Shown one piece after another: positions 63,791-64,000 of a stretch of DNA of 64,000 nt. The DNA is taken from the NCBI RefSeq assembly GCF_947568905.1, contig NC_079166.1, positions 78,058,001 through 78,122,000 of the forward strand, read 5' to 3'. The translations under genes and the position numbers were made by a program. The notes beneath the pieces were generated by a model. That model did no database searches, was not told the DNA's origin, and was given only the letters and a program-made list of their open reading frames with translations. Numbering within the stretch: the first letter of the stretch is position 1; every line of letters begins with the position of its first letter. Origin of the DNA: Ostrea edulis (lineage: Eukaryota).

Positions 63791-64000
63791 TATGCATACA
63801 CCTAGGAAAAGTCCACAACTGGAATTCATCGCAGATTATTCCGTCCTCATCACTCATAGGCAAAACCGCCAAGTAAGAGACCGTCATAAAAATGTTTTAA
63901 AAGTCTGATGTCCTCAACTTAAAAAAGTAACGAAGGTGTCGCCGTAAAAGTGTATGTACGTGTAAAATGTTACAAAACACAAATCATTTAGACTAATTGC

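Overview
AT-rich eukaryotic DNA, most likely an oyster or related bivalve, judged from Cg170-like Helentron elements and bivalve-type SINEs (inference). There are two short N gaps. The one clear host gene is a SPATS1-like gene on the + strand. Six GT-AG exons (1545-1692, 4110-4222, 8152-8301, 10250-10373, 16474-16539, 19056-19191) splice in frame to about 244 aa ending in a stop, and the 5' exon(s) lie upstream of the window. The rest is repetitive: a 5'-truncated RTE LINE interrupted by a MITE with a 9-bp TSD, a decayed PIF/Harbinger transposon (transposase plus convergent Myb/MADF-partner remnant), Helentron-type elements (one of 5.3 kb carrying nested cargo), Penelope-like RT fragments, SINEs and MITEs. 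About 30 mostly unrelated minisatellite arrays make up roughly a quarter to a third of the window. Nearly all long ORFs in the supplied track are repeat artefacts. The best leads are minisatellites born locally from TE termini, hairpins and a splice site; the cargo-carrying Helentron; two foldback structures; and a near-perfect binary 30-bp array. No clearly new biological system can be demonstrated from the sequence alone.
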